From: Terrimicrobiaceae bacterium
GTDB lineage: Bacteria; Verrucomicrobiota; Verrucomicrobiia; Chthoniobacterales; Terrimicrobiaceae
Direction: 5' to 3'
Length of the DNA: 31,992 nt
Assembly: GCA_041752695.1 (NCBI GenBank)
Contig: JBGSVZ010000003.1
Location: forward strand, 1 to 31,992
Both the position numbers and the translations under genes were made by a program. The notes under the pieces are model-generated. The model saw only the letters and a list, made by a program, of their open reading frames with translations. It made no database searches and was not told the DNA's origin. Below are positions 1-8,485 of this stretch, in pieces; the first letter of the stretch is position 1; every line of letters starts with the position of its first letter.

Positions 1-58
1 CTTCCAGCGCCACTCGGGCTTTGAACTCCGGCTCGTGTCTTCTGCGTTTTCCTTTCAT
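1..58 (-). CDS. IS3-family transposase OrfA, N-terminus (partial; not in the ORF track)
   Basis: ATG at 58 gives MKGKRRRHEPEFKARVALE, matching the HTH_Tnp_1 start pattern 'KRRxHxxEFKAxVALE'. Confidence 0.88.
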   Translation of the reverse strand, partial: MKGKRRRHEPEFKARVALE

Positions 59-141
59 CGGCTTTTTCCTTGTATCCCTCCCTCCCGATTCCCGCAAAAT
101 CTATAGCTTAACCACTGGTCCGATTTTTGGGGTCCACCTCA
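1..141 (-). mobile_element. Left end of an IS3-family insertion sequence (runs off the window start)
   Basis: The minus strand from 141 reads TGAGGTGGACCCCAAAAATCGGACCAG, a 5'-TG IS3-type terminal IR. It is followed by an A/G-rich RBS and an OrfA start at 58. Confidence 0.88.
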
Positions 142-525
142 ATGCGATCAGAAAAGAAACGGACTTCAGCCAACTCGTCATAGAAAGGGAATTCACGAAA
201 TGATGAAGTGTAGTAGTAGAAACGCCGGAACGGCTGAGCTGATAGATTAAAGTCGAAATTCTGTCAATCTCGTGCGCAGACGCAGCGGGTTCCACCGGAA
301 AACCGTTCGCATAGACCATCCGAGAAGAACGAGCCAAGCCACTGACAGTCAGGGAGATATGAAGCCCTGGATGCTCTTTCAAGTGCTCACTAGTAAAGGC
401 AACCCCTCACAGAACCGCAAAACTCTAAAATCAAAGAATTCGAAACTAAGTTTCTTAACTTTTGATCGCATACGATACCGGGAAAGCTACAGACCGAATA
501 CGGTAACGTATTTATCGCTAGGTGG

Positions 526-3492
526 TTACGGAGAAGACCGTATTACCCGGACGCGAAGGAAACGTTTGGTTTCGGGAGTAAGCGCCAATCCATCTCGAAA
601 CGTCAACCGCTCGACGGCTCCGAGGGACTCTGTGTTGACCAAGGTGAACCCGGAGCTGTCCCATCCTCCCGTCAGATCACTGGATCCTTCCACACCGTAA
701 TTTAGATCGTCCGCTCCCAGAACCACCGTGAAAGTGATTGTCAGGTGGTCTCCATCCCTGCCCAGAATGGGCTCAACCGCATCGGGAATCTTGGGATTCC
801 CACCAAACGCGTACTCGAGAAGGGTGCTGAGCGAATCCCCGTCGTAATCCGCACTCCCTCCGCTCACTGCCGGATCTTCCAAATCTGCCGCGGAAAATTT
901 TGCCAACTTCCAGGCCTCCCAGCGGGAGACCCCGTTGGCCACAATCACGTTACGCTCCACGCTTGCACTCTGCCCGGCGGAGTCAAAGACGGTCAGGCGC
1001 ACAACATGCGCCCCATTGGAAAGCTGCGTGGTGTCCCATTGGTTATGCGTCCCGCCGATGTGATAGTGGCCACCGACCGTGTTATCCGTGTAGCGCAACT
1101 GTCCATCGATATAAAACTCCCCGCGGACGGTTCCGACATCATCGCTGCCGTCGCCAAAAAATTCCGCGCCAGTGCCGGTGACAAATTCGCCTTCGTATGG
1201 TCGGGTCAGCGAGGCCACAGGTGGCTGGTCGGCCACCACGGAAATGGTGAAGTTTTGCAGTGCCGCAGGCAACGCCCCGTTCGACGCCTGAACGGTTCCG
1301 TTAAAGGATCCCAACGCGGTCGGCGTCCAATTGATGATCCCGGTTTCCGACGAAATCACCATGCCATTGGGCGCAGAGGTGAGACTAAACGCAGGAGGAG
1401 GATTTCCCGAGGCATTGACGTCAAAAGCGAAAGGCGCATTGATCACCGCCGTGGTGGGTGGGCTGGAGGTAATGACGGGTGCGATGGCGTCGTTGTCCGA
1501 CTCCGTCGCGGTCACCGTTTGGCTGACGAACCCGGTCCCGGAAATGGTGATACTGGCGGAGCCATTGCCGGCATCGGCATCCTCTGCGGACGTCACAACC
1601 ACGGTTTGCGCGGTGGAGAAATTCGTGGAGTTAAAACTCAACGAAGTGCCGCTGGACACGAAGAGATCGGGATCGCCGCTGGTGCGCGCCGCCGTCAAAG
1701 TCACGGGAGAGGAGGGCGGACCGGTGAGCCGGACATTAAAGGTGTTGGAAGAGCCTTCGGTCACCGTCAGGGCGGCGGAGGAAATCACAATGGTGGGGGC
1801 GTCATTATCCAGCGCAAAGACCCGGACCGTCTCCGTCGATAAGCCGGTGGCGGAAACGGAAAAGTCCGCCGTGTCGTCCGTCGCATCCGCATCTTCCACT
1901 GCTTGAATCATGACGGTTTGGGGCGTCGACCAGTTTGCCGCGGTGAAAGCCAGGGAAGAACCTGACTGCACAGAGAGATCGGAATCCCCGGCAGTTCGCT
2001 GAATGGATACGCTGAGGGTGTTGGCCGGAGCGGTGGCCAGCCGCACCGTGAAGGCGATGCGGGCACCTTCATCCGTTTGCAGCTGCGTGGGAGTCACAAT
2101 GAGGGCTTGGGCACTTGGCGTGTAAGCCCATCGCCGGATATTCCCGTTGATTTGCAACCCATAAAGCGCCCCATCCGGTCCAACCGCCAGATCAATGGCC
2201 TGACTGGTCGTGGCAAATTCATCAACAGACGTCACAGCATTGGAAGCGTCCAGCGTCGAACGGATCACACGGCCCGAATTGTAATCGCCGAAAAAATAAT
2301 TTCCCCGGTAGGTGGCAGGAACCGAGGTTGTGTCCAGGAAGGTACCTCCGGTGATGGATCCGCCGATATTCAGGGTCACAGCCGTGGCCGCCGGTGACGC
2401 GGGACTGCCGCTGGAAGCATCCGGGCCAACTTGCGCGTAGGTAAAGGTCGTTGCGGTCGGAATACTGGAAAGAAAAAACGTCCCGTTGAAACTTGCATTC
2501 GAAACGCCCGCGATCGTGATTTTCTCACCGGCTCGAAAGCCATGTGCGGCGGTGGTGGAAATGGTCACCACATTTCCCGCGCGTACCGCTCCACCGGCAG
2601 AGATCGTGCGGGAATCCGTGCCGTTGGTCCGGTATTTGATCACGGGAGTAATGTAGCGGGCATACGGGGCGGGGCTGCCCGACGGAATCCCGTTTTCCAC
2701 ATTGTCGTAGCCGCCGTTGTCTCCCCGTCCGACCACCATAACCTGTTCATAGCCATCCCCCACCACGTTGATCCAAAGGGCACCGGTTCCCGGCTGAAAC
2801 GTCATGGTGTAGGGATTCCGCAAGCCTCCCGCGAAGATATAGTCGTTGTTGGGGCCAGAGCCGTCGAAGAACGGATTGTCCGTAGGCACTGTCCCGTCCC
2901 GGTTGGCGCGTCCGGCTTTGGCGGCGAGAGTCGTCGTATTGAGATCCACCCCGGTGCGATTACCCAGATCCCCCACTGCCCAGTACAGTTTCCCATCGCG
3001 GCCGATCCCCAACCCTCCCCCATCATGGTTCGCGCCGCGGGTGGGCAGCCCCGGAATGATCAGCGTGCGATCGATCCCCACATTCCCCGATGCCGTGTAG
3101 CGAATGATTTGTTGTTCGGTTGAGGAGACGGTCAGCAGAAAATACACATACCCATTGGTTGCAAAACCGGGGTCAAACGCCATTCCGATCAAACCACATT
3201 CGCTACTGGTAAAAACAGTCTCCGAGGCAAAAGCGGTGGGGAGGATCGTGCCGCTCTGGACGATGCGCACCTCAGCCGTTCCCGTCCCGTTGAAGCCTCC
3301 CTTGCGCAGGACAAAAAGCCGCCCGGACCCATCCGGCGCCCAGGCCATGCCGGTGGCGGCAAAATTCGAGATGGCATTGTTGTAGTAGAGGGTTTCGGTA
3401 AAATTGGGATCGGAAACCGCTGCTCTCAACGGCCCGGCCGCTAAAGAAAATCCAGCCAAGGCAAGACACAAGTATCGGGGGATTGTGACCAT
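526..3492 (-). CDS. Secreted PQQ-dependent sugar dehydrogenase-like (GSDH) beta-propeller protein with Ig-like/Calx-beta-like repeats and a Verrucomicrobia-type C-terminal module
   Basis: Signal peptide from M55 of the ORF (MVTIPRYLCLALAGFSLAAGPLRA). GSDH motifs: GMAWAPDG, GLIGMAFDPGF, NHDGGGLGIGRDGKLYWAVGD, GLRNPY, YFFGDY, VGPDGALY. Two 'LxFxxxNWSTPQTV' repeats, a He_PIG-like 'GMVISSETGIINWTP' segment, a Big-like 'WDTTQLSNGAH' segment and a DYDGD..LLEYAFG..FLRVRV tail. Confidence 0.85.
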   Translation of the reverse strand: MVTIPRYLCLALAGFSLAAGPLRAAVSDPNFTETLYYNNAISNFAATGMAWAPDGSGRLFVLRKGGFNGTGTAEVRIVQSGTILPTAFASETVFTSSECGLIGMAFDPGFATNGYVYFLLTVSSTEQQIIRYTASGNVGIDRTLIIPGLPTRGANHDGGGLGIGRDGKLYWAVGDLGNRTGVDLNTTTLAAKAGRANRDGTVPTDNPFFDGSGPNNDYIFAGGLRNPYTMTFQPGTGALWINVVGDGYEQVMVVGRGDNGGYDNVENGIPSGSPAPYARYITPVIKYRTNGTDSRTISAGGAVRAGNVVTISTTAAHGFRAGEKITIAGVSNASFNGTFFLSSIPTATTFTYAQVGPDASSGSPASPAATAVTLNIGGSITGGTFLDTTSVPATYRGNYFFGDYNSGRVIRSTLDASNAVTSVDEFATTSQAIDLAVGPDGALYGLQINGNIRRWAYTPSAQALIVTPTQLQTDEGARIAFTVRLATAPANTLSVSIQRTAGDSDLSVQSGSSLAFTAANWSTPQTVMIQAVEDADATDDTADFSVSATGLSTETVRVFALDNDAPTIVISSAALTVTEGSSNTFNVRLTGPPSSPVTLTAARTSGDPDLFVSSGTSLSFNSTNFSTAQTVVVTSAEDADAGNGSASITISGTGFVSQTVTATESDNDAIAPVITSSPPTTAVINAPFAFDVNASGNPPPAFSLTSAPNGMVISSETGIINWTPTALGSFNGTVQASNGALPAALQNFTISVVADQPPVASLTRPYEGEFVTGTGAEFFGDGSDDVGTVRGEFYIDGQLRYTDNTVGGHYHIGGTHNQWDTTQLSNGAHVVRLTVFDSAGQSASVERNVIVANGVSRWEAWKLAKFSAADLEDPAVSGGSADYDGDSLSTLLEYAFGGNPKIPDAVEPILGRDGDHLTITFTVVLGADDLNYGVEGSSDLTGGWDSSGFTLVNTESLGAVERLTFRDGLALTPETKRFLRVRVIRSSP

Positions 3493-3689
3493 AGCGCCAA
3501 CGGTCGCAGAAGAACGGTGTTTCGCAAGGGGGAGAAAGCCTTCAACAGGCGCTCTCCCCCAAGATACTTTCCGGCTCTGACGCCAAGCGACGACTCCCTC
3601 TTTACGCCGAGCGTGATCCTCGCCATCGTGCACACCTTGATCGCCGTCCCACACCCAGACCCTGACTCAATTCCCACCGAAAGGCCTGC

Positions 3690-4958
3690 ATGAATATCCT
3701 TTTCCTCATGGCGGACGAGTTCCGCTGCGACGCTGCGGGTTTTGGCGGAAATCCCCTCGCCCGCACCCCCCATCTCGACCGTCTCGCCCGGGGGGCCCAG
3801 ATTTTCGAGAACGCCCACACTCCCTCTCCCGTTTGTGTGCCCGCCCGGCAGTGTCTGGCCACGGGGAAATACCCCCATCAGATCGGCTGCGAGCATTTCG
3901 GTGACGACATCCCCCCGGGGTCCCAAACCTTCGCGCGCTGGTTTTCGGATCACGGGTATTACACGGTGGTCTGCGGAAAACTGCACCATCGCGGCCCGGA
4001 CCAGATGCAAGGCTGGATGCACCGGATCGGGGCGGAAACGGCCGTACGGTGGCCGGAGAAATTCGCGGCCCGCAGTCAGATCGGGCGGCGCAAATGGGCG
4101 GGGGCCGCTGACCTGAAAAATGCCGGTTCTGGAGTGTCGCCGCTCGGCATGCACGACGACTACACGGTCCGCGGAGCGTGTGATTTTCTGCACATGCAGC
4201 AGATGTATGCCGTGCCGACGGATATCCCGCTTTTCCTCATGGTGAGCTTGCAGCAGCCCCATTTCCCCCTACTGACGGAACCGGACCTTTTGGAGTATTA
4301 TCATGACCTCGTGCCGGTGTTCTGGAACGAACCGAGGGCGGGTCACCCTTTGCTCGACAAAGGCCGCCTCGGTCCCGAAGAGGGTATCACCGAAGGCGAT
4401 GCCCGACGCGCCACCGCGGCCTATTACGGCATGGTGGAACAAACCGACCGCCGTATCGGCCTCGTCCTGCATGCGCTGGAGGAAGCCGGACAAAATCTCG
4501 ACCAGTGGGCCATCGTTTTCACGGCCGACCACGGCGAGATGCTCGGACAGCACGGGCTCTGGGAGAAACGCAAATTCTACGACCCAAGCGTGAAAGTGCC
4601 GCTGTTTGTTCGCGCTCCCGGGGTCGAAGCAGGGCGCTCCGGACAAATTTGCAACCTGGTGGATCTGTTCCCCACCTTCACGGCACTCGGCGGTCTTCCC
4701 ACCCCGGATGATTTGGCGGGCGAGGACCTCTTCTCCGCCCATCGCCCGAATGTCACGTTCAGCCAATACGACGGCGACCATTTCATGCTGCGCGAAGGCT
4801 CGTGGAAATACCTCCGCTTCCCCGACGGGTCAGAGGTGCTTTTCGACCTCACGACCGATCCGGGGGAAACAGTCAATCGTATCGCTGATCCTGTGTGCGG
4901 CGGACAAATCTCCTCGGCGAGGACCCAACTCGACGCGATCCTCGCATCCGTGGCTTGA
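3690..4958 (+). CDS. Sulfatase (choline-sulfatase-like, Cys-type formylglycine enzyme)
   Basis: NILFLMADE, CxPxR motif (SPVCVPAR), GKLH, PHFP, TADHGEMLG..HGLWEK, LFDLxxDPGE. No signal peptide. Confidence 0.92.
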   Translation: MNILFLMADEFRCDAAGFGGNPLARTPHLDRLARGAQIFENAHTPSPVCVPARQCLATGKYPHQIGCEHFGDDIPPGSQTFARWFSDHGYYTVVCGKLHHRGPDQMQGWMHRIGAETAVRWPEKFAARSQIGRRKWAGAADLKNAGSGVSPLGMHDDYTVRGACDFLHMQQMYAVPTDIPLFLMVSLQQPHFPLLTEPDLLEYYHDLVPVFWNEPRAGHPLLDKGRLGPEEGITEGDARRATAAYYGMVEQTDRRIGLVLHALEEAGQNLDQWAIVFTADHGEMLGQHGLWEKRKFYDPSVKVPLFVRAPGVEAGRSGQICNLVDLFPTFTALGGLPTPDDLAGEDLFSAHRPNVTFSQYDGDHFMLREGSWKYLRFPDGSEVLFDLTTDPGETVNRIADPVCGGQISSARTQLDAILASVA

Positions 4959-4989
4959 AAAAAGACCCGGTAGTGGCAATGATGCCCCC

Positions 4990-5550
4990 ATGCGCGAAGA
5001 CGGATCGACCCCGGACAATCTGACCGGTTCGCTCCTCGTCGCGCACCCCAGCCTGACGGATCCGAATTTCCGCCGGACGATTCTTTTTCTTTCCCATCAC
5101 AGTGCCGAAGACGGCGCTATCGGCCTTGTGCTCAATCGCCCCTTGCTCAAGACCTTCGGGGAAGCGACATCAACCACCAGCCCGGAACAGCTTGAAGAAG
5201 TTGGACTGTATTACGGCGGTCCGGTGAGCCTGGATCACGTGACCATCGCCAGCCTGCAATGGCGCACCGATCCCGCGGCGGTGGCTTTTCAGAGCTTCAT
5301 GGGCAACGTCGAAAGCATTCAGATCAGTGCGGAGTGGAAAGCCGGGCTGCGCGCCTTTGTCGGGTATGCCGGATGGAGCCGCGGACAGCTCGAGGGCGAA
5401 ATTGCCCAGAAAGCGTGGATCGTGATCGAACCCACCCGCGAGTTGATCGAGATGCCCAATCCCGAGAAAGCCTGGCGTGAAGTGATGCGGCACTCCGGCC
5501 CGCATCTGCGCCTTCTGGCGGAAGCCCCGGACGACCCGGAACTCAATTGA
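4990..5550 (+). CDS. YqgE/AlgH family protein (DUF179)
   Basis: LLVAHPSLTDPNFRRT, GAIGLVLNRP, YYGGPV, FVGYAGWSRGQLEGEI and a PELN end. Real start is the ATG at 4990; the ORF-track extension overlaps the sulfatase. Confidence 0.92.
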   Translation: MREDGSTPDNLTGSLLVAHPSLTDPNFRRTILFLSHHSAEDGAIGLVLNRPLLKTFGEATSTTSPEQLEEVGLYYGGPVSLDHVTIASLQWRTDPAAVAFQSFMGNVESIQISAEWKAGLRAFVGYAGWSRGQLEGEIAQKAWIVIEPTRELIEMPNPEKAWREVMRHSGPHLRLLAEAPDDPELN

Positions 5551-5595
5551 TCGGATGCATGACGCCAAAGCTGCCAAAGCGGTTGAACTCCGGCG

Positions 5596-5651
5596 TTGGA
5601 GTCCAGCCTTTAGGCTGCTCTGGGGGGCACACACTGAAGCGTAGACTCCAA
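5596..5651. repeat. Degenerate REP-like inverted pair
   Basis: TTGGAGTC-CAGCCTTTAGGCTG ... GACTCCAA: 8-bp outer IR plus an internal CAGCCT/AGGCTG hairpin, in an intergenic position. Confidence 0.45.
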
Positions 5652-5698
5652 GGCTACGCCAAATTCGGAATCGTCCCTGTCAATCGCTGCCCGCGAAC

Positions 5699-6298
5699 GT
5701 GAAAAAAATTCTACTTTTCCTGCTGGTTGTGTCCGGGCTCTGGTGGGGGTATTCCTGCCTTGCTCCCGCCCCGGAACCCGCCGCCGGGATCCGGGTCACG
5801 GAAATTCCCGAACAAACCCCAACGTTCGTGCCTGTCTGGAAAGAGGGCGATTTCGAAATCCGCCCCCTCGCGCGCTATCGCATCAAAGCCCGCATCCTGG
5901 CGAAAAAACGCTACTACCTCCAGGAAATCTCCGACCTCGCCCCTTACGACCTCGCCCTCGGCTGGGGCGACATGTCGGACTCGGCGATTCTCGCGCATAT
6001 CTCCGTGAGTCAAAGCGGAAGGTGGTATGAGTATTTCTACGATGGACAGTGTCCCATCCCCCAATCGGCCATCGCGGTGCAAAGCGCCAACGTCCATTGC
6101 CTTCCCGCCAATTCCACCGTGCGAAGCGACCTCGGCCGCCTCAAAGTAAACGCCTTTGTGGAATTGAAGGGACTCCTCGTCGAAGTCCAGAAAGACGGCA
6201 CCGGTTCGCCCTGGCGCAGTTCGCTCGTCCGGGACGACGAAGGGGCCGGAGCCTGCGAAGTCTTTTGGATCACTGATGTCGCGTCGTGGACGCCGTAA
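5699..6298 (+). CDS. Conserved hypothetical exported/membrane-anchored protein
   Basis: GTG start and N-terminal hydrophobic segment. Motifs DLAPYDLALGWG, SQSGRWY, SANVHCLPA and WRSSLVRDDEGAGACEV resemble a widespread uncharacterised family. Confidence 0.8.
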   Translation: MKKILLFLLVVSGLWWGYSCLAPAPEPAAGIRVTEIPEQTPTFVPVWKEGDFEIRPLARYRIKARILAKKRYYLQEISDLAPYDLALGWGDMSDSAILAHISVSQSGRWYEYFYDGQCPIPQSAIAVQSANVHCLPANSTVRSDLGRLKVNAFVELKGLLVEVQKDGTGSPWRSSLVRDDEGAGACEVFWITDVASWTP

Positions 6299-6340
6299 GG
6301 AAACGCTCCCCTTAGCCTCGGCGAGGCCTGCCACCGGGGC

Positions 6341-7408
6341 TTAGGGCTGATAGATGGCGCCGAAATATTTCTGGCCGATCTCGTAGAGCACTCCGCTTTC
6401 CTGCAGGCGGAGCAGCGCGGCATTCAGCGGTTGCCGCAAAGGACTGCCCTGGGCCAGGGCGAATCCGTAATTATAGGGCGAAAAAACCGGCCCGACTTCG
6501 GTGATGGGCAGGTCGGGATGTCTGGCGTCAAAATATTGCAGAAGCGGGGCCGAACCAACCACGGCCACCACCTTGCCACTCAGAAGATTTTCCACGGCGA
6601 CCTCCAAGGTCGGATAGGTGGCCGCGTCCACATGATGGCGGCTCAGATAATCAACCGCCTTCCCATTTTTCACCGCCCCGATCTTCCGGCCTGGCAGATC
6701 CTGCGGGCCACTAATATGGGCCTGAATTTTTTCCACGGTCATCGCCGTGGTGATACTGGACGTGATGAACGCGACGGTGATGATCCCGAAAAGCATCCAG
6801 ACCACGAGCATGATCCGGCCCAGAAACCCGGGAAACCCCTTGTAAGCGGACTTCCCGGTCAGGGCCAGGGAGATCACGTAGTAAAAGGCCTCGGCAAAAC
6901 CATCAGCCCACTTTTTCGGAAATTCCGGATTATGCCGACGCTCAAAGAACGTCACCAAAACCGTCAAAACGACCACAATCCCCGCAATCGCCCAGAAAAT
7001 TTTCATATGTCCCCAGGCATCAAGATCCTGAAACAGACGACGAAAGGTATGGGGGCGCGAGCCATCCACCATGATCTGAAGACCCGCGCGGAAATACGGC
7101 TGGGAGAACTCCACATATTGCAGGGACTCACTGCTGATCGGGATCTCCGACACCACCACATCGGCCTCGCCCTTACTCACCGCGAGCACGGCGGCGAGTT
7201 CGTCGGGATATCCGACAAGTTGGTATTCCCAATCATTGAGAGCCGCCACCTTCTCCCAGATATCCACCGAGAGTCCGCTCCAAACCCCGTCCTCCGACAT
7301 CACAAATGGCTCCACTCCGGCCACTGCCACCCGCAGCGGAGCGGCGGAGACCGGGAGCAGGCCGAGCAGGAAGACCAGGGCCAACCAGCCCGCGCGGAAC
7401 GTCACCAT
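6341..7408 (-). CDS. GluR0-like protein: split substrate-binding (SBP_bac_3) domain with an inserted two-TM ion-channel pore
   Basis: Order is signal peptide, S1 (EPFVM..GLSVDIW..FSQPYFRAGLQIMV), TM1, FERRHNPEF, pore helix, TM2 (GRIMLVVWM..FITSSITT), S2 (ISGPQDL..YGFAL..SPLRQPLNAALL). The ATG at 7408 overlaps the upstream gene's stop. Confidence 0.85.
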   Translation of the reverse strand: MVTFRAGWLALVFLLGLLPVSAAPLRVAVAGVEPFVMSEDGVWSGLSVDIWEKVAALNDWEYQLVGYPDELAAVLAVSKGEADVVVSEIPISSESLQYVEFSQPYFRAGLQIMVDGSRPHTFRRLFQDLDAWGHMKIFWAIAGIVVVLTVLVTFFERRHNPEFPKKWADGFAEAFYYVISLALTGKSAYKGFPGFLGRIMLVVWMLFGIITVAFITSSITTAMTVEKIQAHISGPQDLPGRKIGAVKNGKAVDYLSRHHVDAATYPTLEVAVENLLSGKVVAVVGSAPLLQYFDARHPDLPITEVGPVFSPYNYGFALAQGSPLRQPLNAALLRLQESGVLYEIGQKYFGAIYQP

Positions 7409-8427
7409 TTCTTGACGCGCCAGAGCCAGAACACAAACCCGCCCGAGGCAAAGGCCATCAACGTGATGAACCAGAAGGGCCACCAATGATCCTCCATCGG
7501 GATGGGCAGCGCCACGTTCATCGAGAAAAATCCGATGACCAAGTTCGCCAGCATGATGGCCACGGTCCAGATCGTGAATTTTTTGATCAGTTGGTTGAGA
7601 TTATGACTCACGATGGACGCCCGGGCGTCCATCAGCCCGCCGATGACCTGGGCGTAGATTTCCGAACGTCGGTAGCACTGCTGGTTTTCGATGATGAGAT
7701 CCTCCAGTACTCCCGTCTGGTCGCGATCAAAGCCTAATTTCTCCGCCGCGGTCTTCATCCGCTCCAGGAGGGCGCCGTTCGAGCCGATGGAGTTAATGAT
7801 GTACACCAGACTCTTTTCGAGGGCGAACATGTTGATCAAATATTTGTTATCAAGCGACGTGCTGATACGACGCTCCAAAGATTCGGACAACATATTGATC
7901 GCCTTGAGATGGCCTTCAAAATGCAGAGTCGTTTGGTAAAGCAGGCGCAACATCACGTCCTGAATCCCCAGCACGGGAAAGGGCACCCGCCCTTCAAAGA
8001 TCGGTGCCTCATCCGGCATCACGATCACCAGATGATCTTCGTAAACGAACACCCCGGTCGACGTCAGCTTGAGGAGAAAATTGTCGTCCGCACAAAAACT
8101 TTTCGGCCGTTTGAAAATAATGGCCGCGTGGTCGGATTCGAATTCCAGACGCGAAAGCTCATCCGGATCGAGCGAGGACTGGAGGGTGTGAAAATCAATA
8201 TTATAGAGCTCCTGCATCTCCGCCTCGTCGTCGATGGTGGGCACCGAGTACACGATAATGGTGGCCTCACTCGGATCACAGGAGGCGAGCCGTCCAGCCT
8301 CCAGGCGGTAGCAGGTACGGGCGCTCACGCCGACCCGCGGCTCGGGCGCCGGAACGGGCTCGGGCAGGGGCATGTCACTTTCCACGCGCAAGGCGAGATC
8401 CACACTGTTTTCCACACTCGTCGCCAT
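7402..8427 (-). CDS. CorA-family divalent cation transporter
   Basis: SSLDPDELSRLE, LEKSLVY, LEDLIIENQQ, DARASIVSHNLNQLIKKFT and two C-terminal TMs. The signature loop reads FSMNV. Confidence 0.88.
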   Translation of the reverse strand: MATSVENSVDLALRVESDMPLPEPVPAPEPRVGVSARTCYRLEAGRLASCDPSEATIIVYSVPTIDDEAEMQELYNIDFHTLQSSLDPDELSRLEFESDHAAIIFKRPKSFCADDNFLLKLTSTGVFVYEDHLVIVMPDEAPIFEGRVPFPVLGIQDVMLRLLYQTTLHFEGHLKAINMLSESLERRISTSLDNKYLINMFALEKSLVYIINSIGSNGALLERMKTAAEKLGFDRDQTGVLEDLIIENQQCYRRSEIYAQVIGGLMDARASIVSHNLNQLIKKFTIWTVAIMLANLVIGFFSMNVALPIPMEDHWWPFWFITLMAFASGGFVFWLWRVKKW

Positions 8428-8485
8428 GCGGGGAAGGTGGCCTTACAAAGGCACATTCACAAACTTTTTGTGCGGCCGATTCGTC

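Noticed and set aside
272..700. 142-aa plus-strand ORF
   Set aside because: It overlaps the 3' end of the large surface-protein gene in antisense, is Arg/Ser-rich, and has no recognisable motif.
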